A stretch of 44,242 nt of DNA from an uncultured Gammaproteobacteria bacterium (GCA_964617045.1 CAZTVZ010000001.1:90521-134762), one strand, 5' to 3'; counted from the first letter of the stretch, positions 27,050 to 37,053 are shown. The notes: generated by a model not told the origin, from the sequence alone. Numbers and translations are program-made.

Positions 27050-27754
27050 ATGGATAACACTTCTCAAATAGCATTTATTGAAATCCGTGGTGCAACCGGA
27101 GGCGAAGAAGCTAAACTTTGGGGACAAGACCTTCTTAGGATGTACATCCGATATGCAAACAAAAAAGGCTGGACCGTAACCCAAATCGAAGATAATTCTA
27201 TTAAGATAAAGGGGGCGAGTGTTTACGATCTTCTGAAAAACGAGTCAGGGGTACACCGCGTTCAAAGAATACCTGCAACCGAAAGGCACGGACGAATCCA
27301 TACTTCTACAGCAACAGTGGTGGTTCTTCCCGAAATTAAATCGGAGGACGTAAAGCTCAACTTTGCGGACATCGAAATTCAATTTTTCCATTCATCTTCC
27401 CAAGGAGGACAAAACGTTCAAAAAGTATCGACTGCAGTAAGGCTTATTCACAAGCCGACAGGCATCGTTGTTGCTTCACAAAGAGAAAGATTCCAAGAAC
27501 AAAACAGACGCTTGGCCGAGGATCTCTTAAGAACCAGACTTTGGGAAAAGGAAGAAGAAGAAAAAATGAAAACAATTGCCGGGTATAGATCGGCAATCGG
27601 CAGAGGCATGAGAGCAGAAAAGATCAGGACATATAATTTCCCTCAAGATAGAATAACAGACCATAGAATCGGAAAATCCTGGGGTAATCTGGAAAGAATA
27701 ATCGACGGAGAATTGGATAAAGTAATCGATTTAACGAAATCAATTACTCCTTAA
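27050..27754 (+). CDS. prfA: Peptide chain release factor 1 lacking N-terminal domain 1
   Basis: EIRG.TGGEEA, GVHRVQRIPATE (PxT), GGQ, EKIRTYNFPQDRITDHRI; only 234 aa. Confidence 0.88.
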   Translation: MDNTSQIAFIEIRGATGGEEAKLWGQDLLRMYIRYANKKGWTVTQIEDNSIKIKGASVYDLLKNESGVHRVQRIPATERHGRIHTSTATVVVLPEIKSEDVKLNFADIEIQFFHSSSQGGQNVQKVSTAVRLIHKPTGIVVASQRERFQEQNRRLAEDLLRTRLWEKEEEEKMKTIAGYRSAIGRGMRAEKIRTYNFPQDRITDHRIGKSWGNLERIIDGELDKVIDLTKSITP

Positions 27755-28978
27755 AACCTCAATTGCTTTAATAAGTTGCTCGTCTTCTTCAGTGTCTGGA
27801 TTATTTTCCACCTCAAAATCCGGGGACAATCCTTTTTCGTGTACCCACGTTCCCTTGGGGGTTAACCATTTGGCAATAGTGATATGAAGCCTTGTGCCGT
27901 TATCCATATTTACCGGTTCCTGAATCGTTCCTTTACCGAATGATTTTTGGCCGATTAACTTAAATCCTTTTTGATCTCTTAAGGCTCCAGCCAATATTTC
28001 CGATGCGGATGCCGAACCACCGTTAACCATTACCACCGTTGGAAAGTTGTTTAATAGTCCCAATCTTTCGGTTTTAAATTCAATGGTTGTTCCGTCCCCT
28101 CTCTCTTCAATTACGGCAACTGTTCCTGTTTTTACAAATTCTGCGGATATGTCGACCGCCGCTTGAAGATATCCTCCGGGGTTTCCTCTAACGTCTAGTA
28201 TCAACCCTTTTACTTCTGGTTTTTTAATAATCTCTCTTACTGCGGAATTCCATTCTTCTTCTGTTTCCCCGCCGAATTTTAGAAGCCTGACATGAGCTAT
28301 TGTTCCATTGTCGACATATTCAGTTTTTACGGAAGGTACATCAATTTTCTCTCTAACCAAACTTACATCAAACGGACTATCACTTCCTTCTCTCATAATC
28401 GTAAGGACAACGGTTGTTCCCGCTTTCCCTCTTATATGTTGTACTGCCTCAGTTGTACTCATTCCTCCTGTTCCCAAGTCTATTTGTTTAAGGTCATCCT
28501 TAATTCTAAGAATCATATCCCCCGGTTTGAGCCCGGCTTTATCACCGGGTGTTCCGGCAATCGGTGAAACAACCACAAGTTGTGTTCCTCTGTATCCAAT
28601 TTCGATTCCTACTCCTTCAAATGAACCCGACAGATCTTCGGATACCACCTTTGATTCTTCGGGGGGCAAAAATACTGTGTAGGGATCCCCAATACCGGAA
28701 ACCATGCCCTGAATTGCACCGTAAATCATGTTTTGACTGTTTAGCTTGGCTTTATCGAAGTATTTTGATCCAACCGTGTCCCATACTTTCCAGAAAAGAG
28801 AAAAATCCAAATTTCCTTTGTTGGGTGGTGTTCCTCTTTCTATCTCGACTTTATTAAAGGACTGAATATTTATTTTGTATCCCTGGCTTCCCAATAAATA
28901 TCCGCCGCCAAAAAGAACAACCACGGAAATGACTATCAGAAGATATTTTCTTAATAAATGAAAGTTTACTCTGGGCAT
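27740..28978 (-). CDS. S41 family C-terminal processing peptidase with PDZ domain
   Basis: GIGIEI PDZ, DVRGNPGG, SASASEI catalytic Ser, SFGKGTIQ, TIAKWLTP. Confidence 0.93.
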   Translation of the reverse strand: MPRVNFHLLRKYLLIVISVVVLFGGGYLLGSQGYKINIQSFNKVEIERGTPPNKGNLDFSLFWKVWDTVGSKYFDKAKLNSQNMIYGAIQGMVSGIGDPYTVFLPPEESKVVSEDLSGSFEGVGIEIGYRGTQLVVVSPIAGTPGDKAGLKPGDMILRIKDDLKQIDLGTGGMSTTEAVQHIRGKAGTTVVLTIMREGSDSPFDVSLVREKIDVPSVKTEYVDNGTIAHVRLLKFGGETEEEWNSAVREIIKKPEVKGLILDVRGNPGGYLQAAVDISAEFVKTGTVAVIEERGDGTTIEFKTERLGLLNNFPTVVMVNGGSASASEILAGALRDQKGFKLIGQKSFGKGTIQEPVNMDNGTRLHITIAKWLTPKGTWVHEKGLSPDFEVENNPDTEEDEQLIKAIEVLRSN

Positions 28979-29015
28979 GACAAATTTAGCTATAACAAAT
29001 GTGATTATATTTAAA

Positions 29016-29258
29016 TTAACCGGTGAATGGAAGAAGACCTAAATGCCTTGCTCGCTTTACAGCTACTCCCAAACGTCTTTGGTGTTTTGCACAAAGACCG
29101 TTTCTGGTCTTGGCAAGAATCTTTCCACGATCAGTAATGTACTTTTTCAGATCGTCGTATTGTTTGTAATCGGGCATTGTATTTCCTTTACAGTAAGGGC
29201 AATTGGTTGCCACGATTCTTGGCATAATTTTTCTTCGCTTTTGTTTTTTTGGTGCCAT
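29016..29258 (-). CDS. rpsR: 30S ribosomal protein S18
   Basis: CPYC, DYK...[10 protein letters not shown]...[21 protein letters not shown]. Confidence 0.96.
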   Translation of the reverse strand: MAPKKQKRRKIMPRIVATNCPYCKGNTMPDYKQYDDLKKYITDRGKILAKTRNGLCAKHQRRLGVAVKRARHLGLLPFTG

Positions 29259-29266
29259 GTTAATTC

Positions 29267-29740
29267 TTAGAAGGGTATTTCGTCGTCCGGATTATCGGAA
29301 GCTTCTTTCTTTCCTTTCTTTTCTTTTGGAGCTTCTTCCATCGGTATTTCTTCTACATTTCCCGAATCCTGAGATACTTCGAATTCTTCTCCCGGAGCAA
29401 CAGCTCCTTTGTTGTCCAAAATAATCATATCGTTAATTACGACTTCGGTTGTTTGTCTTTGCGCTCCGTCTTGTGCTTGCCAAGATCTGGTTTGAAGTCT
29501 TCCTTCTACATATACTTTTCTTCCCTTTTGCAATAGATTTGCACAAATTTCCGCCAATTTGTTCCATGCAACAATTCTATGGAATTCAGCATCTTCTTTG
29601 TTTTCTCCGGATTCCGTTTTCCATTGCCTGTTGGTTGCAATAGAAAATGTACACACAGCAGTTCCCTGTGGTGTGTATTTTAGTTCTGGGTCTCGGGTAA
29701 GATTTCCGATTAATTCGACTTTGTTTAAGCTTCTTGCCAT
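29267..29740 (-). CDS. ssb: Single-stranded DNA-binding protein
   Basis: [25 protein letters not shown], acidic C-terminal DDEIPF. Confidence 0.97.
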   Translation of the reverse strand: MARSLNKVELIGNLTRDPELKYTPQGTAVCTFSIATNRQWKTESGENKEDAEFHRIVAWNKLAEICANLLQKGRKVYVEGRLQTRSWQAQDGAQRQTTEVVINDMIILDNKGAVAPGEEFEVSQDSGNVEEIPMEEAPKEKKGKKEASDNPDDEIPF

Positions 29741-30028
29741 TTACTTTGCACTCCTTACAAGTAAGTATCTGATTATATCATTTTCGGTTTTTATCTTTTC
29801 CGTCAATTTCTTGGCTGCTTCCGCGGGAAGATCCAAGGGGATAAATACAAAAAGACCTGCTGTTAATTTCTTAATGGGGTAGGAAAGTTCTTTTACTCCC
29901 CAATCTTCAACCGTACCCATTTTCCCGGAAAGAAGACCAACTGTTTTTTCCAACGTCTCCATTACGGCTTTCTTTTTGGCACTGGTGGCCTTGCCGTCAA
30001 GTACGATGGTTAATTCATATTTACTCAT
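29741..30028 (-). CDS. rpsF: 30S ribosomal protein S6
   Basis: KYEL, EDWG.KEL.YPIKK, IIRYLLVR; start from TGTTATAAT 9 nt upstream; rpsF-ssb-rpsR order. Confidence 0.95.
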   Translation of the reverse strand: MSKYELTIVLDGKATSAKKKAVMETLEKTVGLLSGKMGTVEDWGVKELSYPIKKLTAGLFVFIPLDLPAEAAKKLTEKIKTENDIIRYLLVRSAK

Positions 30029-30075
30029 ATCCGGGAAATTATAACACAGGCTCAAAAACAATGGAAGAACTGGGA

Positions 30076-31176
30076 TTATTGTCCTATCTTAAATTCTATT
30101 ACGTCTCCGTCTTTTACAATATAGTCTCTTCCTTCCGATCTGCATTTTCCGTCTTCTCGCGATTTCTTCCATCCCAAACTGACAAAATCCGAGAAATTAA
30201 CCACATCGGCCTTAATAAATTTAAGCATGAAATCCGTATGAATAACTCCGGATGCTTCCTGTGCGTTAATTCCCTCCTTAATTGTCCATGCACGTACTTC
30301 TTTTTCTCCGGCAGTCAAGAATGTGATAAGGCCAAGGGTAGAAAAAGCTTTTCGTATCAACCTCTCCAGTCCGGAACTCTCTACTCCTAAATCTTTTAGA
30401 TACGATTTTTGATCTTGCTCGGAAAGATCTGACAATTCCGATTCCGTTTTGGCACATATCGCTACTACCTGGTCTTTTTGAACACCCAGGCTTACACTAA
30501 AATGCTCCTCGATTTCACCAGCTCTCGCCAAATCTCCTTCATCAACATTTAAGGCAATTAGTATTGGTTTTAAAGTTAACAAGCTTAGGCTTTTGGCAAC
30601 TTTTAGCTCTTCTTCGTTTAGATCAACATCTCTTGCGGATTTACCCCCCTGCATTTCTTCTTTAAGTTTTTTAATTACAGTCCACCTTTTTTGTAGTTCT
30701 TTGTCTGGAGAACCTCCAGGGTCTTTCTGTTTTTCCAAAGTTTCGTAATCAGCCAAAGCAAGTTCTGTTTCGATGGTTTCAAAATCATCCTTCGGAGATA
30801 CAATACCGTTTTTTACAATATCCGGGTCGGAAAACACTCTCACCACATGGCATATTGCATCCGTTTCTCTAATATGGGAAAGGAATTTATTACCCAACCC
30901 CTCACCGCTATGGGCACCTTTAATAAGTCCTGCGATATCCACAAACTCAACCGTTGCGGGAACTTCAGGAGGCATCTCATTCATCCCTTCAGTTTCTTTT
31001 ACTATCTTTGCCAGCTCTGACAATCGAGTGTCGGGAACAGGAACAACACCAATGTTGGGTTCAATCGTAGCAAACGGAAAATTAGCAACATATGCCTGCT
31101 GCTTTTTGAGAAGTGCATTAAATAAAGTTGACTTTCCAACATTTGGAAGTCCGACAATACCAACTGATAGGCTCAT
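30076..31176 (-). CDS. ychF: Redox-regulated ATPase YchF
   Basis: GIVGLPNVGKSTLFNAL, NFPFATIEPN, DIAGLIKGA..GEGLGNKFL, GKCRSEGRDYIVKDGD; start from TGTTATAAT 6 nt upstream. Confidence 0.96.
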   Translation of the reverse strand: MSLSVGIVGLPNVGKSTLFNALLKKQQAYVANFPFATIEPNIGVVPVPDTRLSELAKIVKETEGMNEMPPEVPATVEFVDIAGLIKGAHSGEGLGNKFLSHIRETDAICHVVRVFSDPDIVKNGIVSPKDDFETIETELALADYETLEKQKDPGGSPDKELQKRWTVIKKLKEEMQGGKSARDVDLNEEELKVAKSLSLLTLKPILIALNVDEGDLARAGEIEEHFSVSLGVQKDQVVAICAKTESELSDLSEQDQKSYLKDLGVESSGLERLIRKAFSTLGLITFLTAGEKEVRAWTIKEGINAQEASGVIHTDFMLKFIKADVVNFSDFVSLGWKKSREDGKCRSEGRDYIVKDGDVIEFKIGQ

Positions 31177-31238
31177 ATTGCGATTATAACAAATGGTGGT
31201 TGCGTTGATACTCTCAGTTTGTTTAAATTGACTCTTGT

Positions 31239-31565
31239 ATGACAAAGTTTCGCGAATACTACAAAAGAATGATTGATGCGAACAAAGAAGAATTTGACGC
31301 ATTTAGAACTATTCACGACAAATACGCAATCGCAGATGATACGGACACACTGCAGGAAGAATACAACCTTGCGGGAGATAAAATCCAAAAAATAGTAAAA
31401 GAATGGGAACAAAAATTATGCTCCCAATCCGAAAAAGCCGGTTACGGTGGATATACGGGGAATCTCGCAGAAAAATTCCACGAGGAAATATTAAAAGGCT
31501 TTCCGATGTACGACCACATCGGATTAATCGTAAAAAAATTCTCGATAAAGAAAATTAGGATATAA
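31239..31565 (+). CDS. Hypothetical helical protein, 108 aa
   Basis: Clean ORF ending at the shared terminator. Confidence 0.75.
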   Translation: MTKFREYYKRMIDANKEEFDAFRTIHDKYAIADDTDTLQEEYNLAGDKIQKIVKEWEQKLCSQSEKAGYGGYTGNLAEKFHEEILKGFPMYDHIGLIVKKFSIKKIRI

Positions 31566-31601
31566 AAAAGGGTGACTCCTCTATAACAGAATTGTCACCC
31601 T
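31564..31601 (-). terminator. Intrinsic terminator between convergent genes
   Basis: AGGGTGAC/GTCACCCT stem with a T tract on the minus strand. Confidence 0.8.
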
Positions 31602-31617
31602 ATTTCGGTTGAATGAA

Positions 31618-32049
31618 TTAAAGATAGTAGATGTCTCTTCGCAGTCCCAAAACAAATTTCCTGAAAAAATTTTCAAGATATCTTTTTTGAGCATGATAAG
31701 GTTCATCGTGTGGTTGAATTTTTTCCAACCATATCTTCATTCTCAACCTGTTTGTACCATGTACCGGAGCTTCCAAAAAACGAATTCTTGGAATTCTTTT
31801 GTCGACAACTTCCAATGAATCCTTCCAAACAAGAACACCGTCAATGTACACTTTGAGATTGTTTTTTTCGTATTCTCTGTGCACACAGAAAGGATAATTG
31901 TCCCTGGAAACAATAGTAACCTCAATTGAGATCAAATCGTCTTTGTCGACAGCTACAGTACCGAGTCTTCCAAGTTCGCTGATTATGAATTCCTTTAATT
32001 CAGGAAACTCCCAGCGTTCCTGGCCACCTACAAGGGGTGTTTTTTTCAT
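31618..32049 (-). CDS. Hypothetical protein, 143 aa, SD-led
   Basis: AGAGGAGG SD, own promoter-like TTGACC-17-GATAAT and own terminator. Confidence 0.75.
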   Translation of the reverse strand: MKKTPLVGGQERWEFPELKEFIISELGRLGTVAVDKDDLISIEVTIVSRDNYPFCVHREYEKNNLKVYIDGVLVWKDSLEVVDKRIPRIRFLEAPVHGTNRLRMKIWLEKIQPHDEPYHAQKRYLENFFRKFVLGLRRDIYYL

Positions 32050-32126
32050 AGTACCTCCTCTTTAGTGTAAAAAGTGCTTGTTCCGCTTGTGGAACCCGAA
32101 TATTATCCCACTATACGACTTGATGG

Positions 32127-32774
32127 TCAAATCTCGGCAATTAGTTCAGGAGACATTTCTTTGAAGCTATCAATCGTTATATCCGCTTCTTCAAGGCTTT
32201 CTTCACAGCTTTTACGCACAATTCCCACCACTTTCATCCCTGCTCTGTGAGCCGCTTCAACCCCAGCATCTGCGTCTTCGAATACCAGACAATTCTCGGG
32301 ATCAATATCCAACTTCTTAGATGTCAAAATGAAAATATCCGGATCGGGTTTTTTGAACTCAACTTCTTCTCCGGTTGTTACTGCATCAAATAATCCTTCA
32401 AAGCCAAACTTTTCGAAAACTTTATCGACAATTTCCCAGTTGTTTGATGTGGCCAAAGCTACTTTAACACCGCTTTCTTTCAGATCGTTGATAAACTCGA
32501 CAATTCCGTCTTGCAGGGTAATTTCATCAATCATATCTTCATAGGCTTCCTGCGTCTCTTTGGCAAGCTCAAGTGGGGTTTTTTCCGTCTTAATCCCATA
32601 CTTCTCAATCAACTTGGGCCAATTCTCTTCGACGCCTATTCCTGCAATGTGAGGAATATCATCTACTTCATCAATGTCGAATTGCTTCAATACCCGTGCA
32701 AATGCTTTGCCGTATTCATCTTCATCGGAAAGAATAGTTCCATTAAGGTCAAAGATTGCTGCAGAAATAATCAT
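32127..32774 (-). CDS. HAD-family phosphatase (beta-phosphoglucomutase-like)
   Basis: FDLNGT, LATSN, KKPDPDIF, FEDADAGV.AA..AGM. Confidence 0.9.
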   Translation of the reverse strand: MIISAAIFDLNGTILSDEDEYGKAFARVLKQFDIDEVDDIPHIAGIGVEENWPKLIEKYGIKTEKTPLELAKETQEAYEDMIDEITLQDGIVEFINDLKESGVKVALATSNNWEIVDKVFEKFGFEGLFDAVTTGEEVEFKKPDPDIFILTSKKLDIDPENCLVFEDADAGVEAAHRAGMKVVGIVRKSCEESLEEADITIDSFKEMSPELIAEI

Positions 32775-34198
32775 TGATTAGATTTTACCTGAGGTCCTTC
32801 GGGAGTATCCAGTACTTTGTATCCATGTTTCTCAATTTCTTTTCTTGCTTGATCAGCTTCCTCAAAATCTCCGGATTTCCTTGCCTGCTCACGAACTTCA
32901 ACAAGTTTCATCACAGACTGAGGTATTTCAACCGATACTACTTCTCCAAGTCCAAGCCCTAATACCTCATCAAAAGAAAGTGCCATTTCGTATTTATCCT
33001 GTGACGGAAGATTACTTTTCAGCATTGACCAGAAAGCTGCGAGAGCTTTCGGAGTGTTTAAGTCGTCATTAATAGCCATTGTAAATTCGTCCCTGAATTT
33101 CTCCATTCCTTCTGCTTTCTCCTGAGACAATTGAGTTCTTTGAGATTGGTTTTTGGAAGCCCTAACGAGTTCCCTCATGTTGTTCAATGTTTTTTGTGCA
33201 TTATCAAGAGAATCCCAGGTGAAATTAAGAGGAGACCTGTAGTGTCCGGTAAGATATAGATACCTAAGGGCCAAAGGATCATATCCCTTAGCAATCAATT
33301 CTTCTAACCTGTAAGCATTGCCTTTGCTTTTACTCATTCTTGCTCCGTCTACCTGTAAAAATGCCGAATGAATCCAGTATTTAACAAACTGTTTTCCCGT
33401 TGCGGATTCGCTTTGGGCAATTTCGTTCGGGTGATGGGTAGATCTTAAATCTTCTCCTCCCGCATGAATATCAAAACTTTCTCCCAAATATTTCATGCTC
33501 ATTGCGGAACATTCAATATGCCAACCAGGAAAACCCATACCCCAAGGGCTTTCCCACTCCATTTGTCTTTCCCCGGGTTTATCGGAAAATTTCCAGAGAG
33601 CAAAATCTCTCGGATCCTTTTTCTCAGGATTTTCTTCAACCCTGGCACCTGCTTTAATTTGATCCAAGGTTGATAATTCTCCATACACTTTCTTTGTATC
33701 TATTTCAAACTTTTTGGTATCAAAATAAATTCCATCGGATGTTTTATAAGCCAATCCTTTTTCTTCAATTTTTTTAACCAAATTTATTTGTTCTTCTATG
33801 TGATCTGTTGCTTTGGGCATCATCCAAGGCCTTCGGATATTTAGCCTATCCATGTCGTTCAAAAATGCGTCAGTATAAAACTTGGCAATATCCCAAGCGG
33901 TCTTGCCTTCTTTTTTGGCCGATTCTTCCATTCTGTCTCCACCCAAATCCGCATTACCAGAATTGTCTCCGGTCAAATGTCCGACATCGGTGATATTCAT
34001 TGCATACCTCACCTGATAAGAGTTGTACCCTAAAAGACGAGCCAAAATGTCTGCAACAACATAAGTCCTAAAGTTTCCTATGTGAGCAAACTGATAAACG
34101 GTCGGTCCACAGGTGTACATTCCCACATATGGAGGATTAATCGGTTCAAATTTTTCTTTTTTCCCTGTAAGTGAATTTGTTAAATAAATATCAGCCAT
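32771..34198 (-). CDS. cysS: Cysteine--tRNA ligase
   Basis: YTCGPTVY..AHIGN, GWHIECSAM, HHPNEIAQS, RMSKSKGN. Confidence 0.97.
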   Translation of the reverse strand: MADIYLTNSLTGKKEKFEPINPPYVGMYTCGPTVYQFAHIGNFRTYVVADILARLLGYNSYQVRYAMNITDVGHLTGDNSGNADLGGDRMEESAKKEGKTAWDIAKFYTDAFLNDMDRLNIRRPWMMPKATDHIEEQINLVKKIEEKGLAYKTSDGIYFDTKKFEIDTKKVYGELSTLDQIKAGARVEENPEKKDPRDFALWKFSDKPGERQMEWESPWGMGFPGWHIECSAMSMKYLGESFDIHAGGEDLRSTHHPNEIAQSESATGKQFVKYWIHSAFLQVDGARMSKSKGNAYRLEELIAKGYDPLALRYLYLTGHYRSPLNFTWDSLDNAQKTLNNMRELVRASKNQSQRTQLSQEKAEGMEKFRDEFTMAINDDLNTPKALAAFWSMLKSNLPSQDKYEMALSFDEVLGLGLGEVVSVEIPQSVMKLVEVREQARKSGDFEEADQARKEIEKHGYKVLDTPEGPQVKSNQ

Positions 34199-34215
34199 GA
34201 CTGTATGATATCAAA

Positions 34216-34644
34216 TTATCCTGTTGGCGGCAGAGGTTTTTCTATTCTTGTTTGTTGTTGTTTCGCTTTTTGCGGCATTCCGATTTTTCTTCCAGGTTTT
34301 GAAGACGGCATTGGAAGAGCCGACGTTCTGTTTTCTGCAGCTTTTTCCTGTAATTCAATTTGTTCTTTCATCTGTTCCTCTTTTTCTTTTTGTATTTGAA
34401 TATCTTTTATCTCGCTTTCCAAAGCCTGAAGTTGTCTTTGACCTTGAATATCAATTTTTCTTTTTTCTTCGAGTGGCATTTCTTCAAGAGAAGAATGTTG
34501 TTGTTCTTGGGGAACATTCTCAATGCCGATTAGCTGTTCTTTTGATTCCTTGATTATCTCGCCAGGTTCTTGAAAAAAATCTTTAGCAATTTGTTTGGCA
34601 AGATCAACGGCTTGTTGTTTTGCCGAATTTGTAATTGTTCCCAT
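34216..34644 (-). CDS. Hypothetical Gln/Glu-rich coiled-coil protein
   Basis: Co-oriented ORF between recR and cysS. Confidence 0.7.
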   Translation of the reverse strand: MGTITNSAKQQAVDLAKQIAKDFFQEPGEIIKESKEQLIGIENVPQEQQHSSLEEMPLEEKRKIDIQGQRQLQALESEIKDIQIQKEKEEQMKEQIELQEKAAENRTSALPMPSSKPGRKIGMPQKAKQQQTRIEKPLPPTG

Positions 34645-34658
34645 TAATTAATTGTACC

Positions 34659-35258
34659 TCACAATTCCCTTCTCCCTTGAATTGCTTGCGTCAGCGTAAC
34701 CTCGTCTGCATATTCAAGATCCGCACCTGTCGGAATACCCATTCCCAATCTTGTGATTTTCACTTCGGAAGATATCTTTTTAATCTCTTTATTCAAATAC
34801 ATTGCCGTTGCTTCCCCTTCCATGGTTGGATTTGTGGCAATTATTATTTCCCTGATACCGGGTTTAATTCTTTTCAATAAATCGTCAACATATATTTCAT
34901 CCGGTCCAATGTTGTCCAGTGGAGATATTGATCCGTGAAGAACATGATAAAGACCCTGATACTTGCCTGTTTTTTCAAAAGCCAAAATATCCAAAGGTTG
35001 TTCCACAACTAAAATTGTCTCTTTGTCTCTCGAATCATCTGCACAAACAGGACAAGGATCGTTTTCCGACACATTGCGACAAGAACTGCAAAGTACGGTT
35101 TCTTTTTTTAGGTTTTCCAAACTTTCGGCAAATTCAGTAAGATCTCTTTGTGGGACATGCAACAAATAAAAAGTAAGTCGTTGTGCACTCTTCGGTCCTA
35201 TGCCGGGAAGTTTTTCAAATGATTGTATGAGGCGTGCAATGGGCTTGGCTATCTTCAT
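34659..35258 (-). CDS. recR: Recombination mediator RecR
   Basis: LPGIGPKSAQRL, C..C...C.VC zinc finger, YHVLHG.ISP, ATNPTMEGEATA. Confidence 0.97.
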   Translation of the reverse strand: MKIAKPIARLIQSFEKLPGIGPKSAQRLTFYLLHVPQRDLTEFAESLENLKKETVLCSSCRNVSENDPCPVCADDSRDKETILVVEQPLDILAFEKTGKYQGLYHVLHGSISPLDNIGPDEIYVDDLLKRIKPGIREIIIATNPTMEGEATAMYLNKEIKKISSEVKITRLGMGIPTGADLEYADEVTLTQAIQGRREL

Positions 35259-35260
35259 TC

Positions 35261-35542
35261 TTAAAGTTTACCAAGGAGTCCCGAAAGTCCTCCGCCCATT
35301 TCCATCATTTTCTTGGCGGACTCTTTTTGGACTTTTTTCAAGGTTTCGTTGATAAGATCAACAAGTTTCTTTTGTTCTTCCCCATTTATTTCAATATATG
35401 AAATTTTTTGATCTCCTGTTACAACCACTCTCATTCCGTCTTTTTCTTCGGAAAGTTTTATTTTTTCAAGTTCCTTTTGTAAAGCCATTGCCTGATTTCT
35501 CATTTTTATCAGTTCGGCTCCTTGTTTAAATTTGTCAAACAT
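35261..35542 (-). CDS. ybaB: YbaB/EbfC nucleoid-associated protein
   Basis: Position between dnaX and recR; AMALQKEL...V.VTGDQKI. Confidence 0.88.
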   Translation of the reverse strand: MFDKFKQGAELIKMRNQAMALQKELEKIKLSEEKDGMRVVVTGDQKISYIEINGEEQKKLVDLINETLKKVQKESAKKMMEMGGGLSGLLGKL

Positions 35543-35547
35543 ATTTA

Positions 35548-37053
35548 TTAATTACCGAATATTTCTTCGGCAGCTTGAATTATATCTTTATCCTTTCCTT
35601 CAGTCAAAGTAGTCCCAACCGTCGTCGGAATTGGTCTTTCCGGTGGTTCAGTTAACATGCAGCAAATTCTAATTGGAGTTCCGACAACACTTGCAACAAC
35701 ATCTTCCAATATTTTTCTATGATGCGTTTCTTCAAGTCTTTCTTTGTGGAATCGATAATATACGCCAAGTTGTAATGTTTTACCGTCGTAAGCCAATGGT
35801 TTCGCCGCCCTCAATAAAGCTTCCATCGAAGTATTGATTGGTTTTATTCTTGCCAGGATATCTCTCCAGTCTTGTTCAGGGAGCTCTTTCAGATTGTTTC
35901 CGTCAAGTTTGATTTCTTTTTCCGGGGCGGGATGTCGTACAACTTTTAAAGAGGGTTCCTCCTCTTTGGGTAAGATAATCGTTGCTTTGGAAATTGTTTC
36001 AACCTCTGTTTCAATTTTTGTACTCCCTGTAGTTCCTTCGCACCATTTGATTATCGCCAGCTCCAAAGGCAATTCTTCGATAACCGATGTTTTAATTTTT
36101 GGAATGTAATCAGTCAGTGTATCGACCAAGGAAATCAGATCCTTTTTGTCGATATCAATTCTTTTTTCTCCGATTCCGATATGGGCAAGCAATTCTTTTC
36201 TTAGCGAAGAGACAAGTTCTTCTGCCAAATCCATTGGCCTTACCCCCGACCCTGTTGCTTTGGCAATCAACTCCAATACGGTTTTTATATCTCTTCCAAC
36301 AATACTCGCAATCAACGAGTCAATGTCGATATTTTTTGATTTAAACAAAAAGTTCTCGACTTCCACTTCGTCAAAACTTCTTTCCTCGAAGAGCATCTGT
36401 TCAACAGTTTTAACCGCATCTCTGAAAGAACCATTGGCATACTTTGCGATAAGGTGCAAACTTGCTTCCGGTATTTTTATTTTTTCTCCGGATGCAACTC
36501 TGGTTAAAGACCGTGCAATCTCGTCGTTATTTGCTTTTCTGAAATTTATATTCGCAGTTCTAGATCTAATTGTCCCAATTAGTTTTTCTGGATTAGTTGT
36601 TGCCAAAATAAAAGTGACATGTTCTGGTGGTTCTTCCAATGTTTTTAAAAGAGCATTTGATGCTCCGGTTGATAACATGTGCGCTTCATCAATTATATAT
36701 ACCTTCTTTTTTGCCTTGGCTGGTGCAAGTTTAGCAGCATCTCTTATCTCTCTGATATTGTCTACCCCCGTATAACTGGCTGCATCGATTTCAATAACAT
36801 CTATGTTGTTTCCGTTTTCGATTGAAACACATTGATCACATTTTCCACATGGTTTTTCTTTTTCGTTTTCGCAATTTAATACTTTGGCGAATATTCTTGC
36901 AGCAGATGTTTTACCTGTTCCTTTTGGTCCGGAAAAAAGAAGTGCCTGTGGGAATTTGCCCGTTTTAACAAGTCTGGCAAGAGAATCACGAACTTCGGAA
37001 ATATCCAAATCTTCAATTTTTTGCGGACGATATTTTCTGTATAAAGTTATCAT
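35548..37053 (-). CDS. dnaX: DNA polymerase III subunit gamma/tau
   Basis: LYRKYRPQ, GPKGTGKTS, EIDAAS, IIDEAHMLS, LLKTLEEPP, GSFRDA. Confidence 0.97.
   Translation of the reverse strand: MITLYRKYRPQKIEDLDISEVRDSLARLVKTGKFPQALLFSGPKGTGKTSAARIFAKVLNCENEKEKPCGKCDQCVSIENGNNIDVIEIDAASYTGVDNIREIRDAAKLAPAKAKKKVYIIDEAHMLSTGASNALLKTLEEPPEHVTFILATTNPEKLIGTIRSRTANINFRKANNDEIARSLTRVASGEKIKIPEASLHLIAKYANGSFRDAVKTVEQMLFEERSFDEVEVENFLFKSKNIDIDSLIASIVGRDIKTVLELIAKATGSGVRPMDLAEELVSSLRKELLAHIGIGEKRIDIDKKDLISLVDTLTDYIPKIKTSVIEELPLELAIIKWCEGTTGSTKIETEVETISKATIILPKEEEPSLKVVRHPAPEKEIKLDGNNLKELPEQDWRDILARIKPINTSMEALLRAAKPLAYDGKTLQLGVYYRFHKERLEETHHRKILEDVVASVVGTPIRICCMLTEPPERPIPTTVGTTLTEGKDKDIIQAAEEIFGN

Noticed and set aside
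26990-27060. rpmE-prfA fusion by frameshift or read-through restoring RF1 domain 1
   Set aside because: The L31 tail is too short and does not resemble domain 1; no slippery site is apparent.
31609-31619. 11-mer shared with the cassette B leader (AATTCATTCAA)
   Set aside because: AT-rich low-complexity match that is plausible by chance in 44 kb.
36146-36775. Long antisense ORFs (e.g. 209 aa opposite dnaX, 138 aa opposite ychF)
   Set aside because: Typical shadow frames of well-conserved genes, with no start signals or motifs.
35548-37053. Programmed -1 frameshift in dnaX
   Set aside because: No A AAA AAG slippery site with a downstream hairpin was recognised; the ORF is intact.
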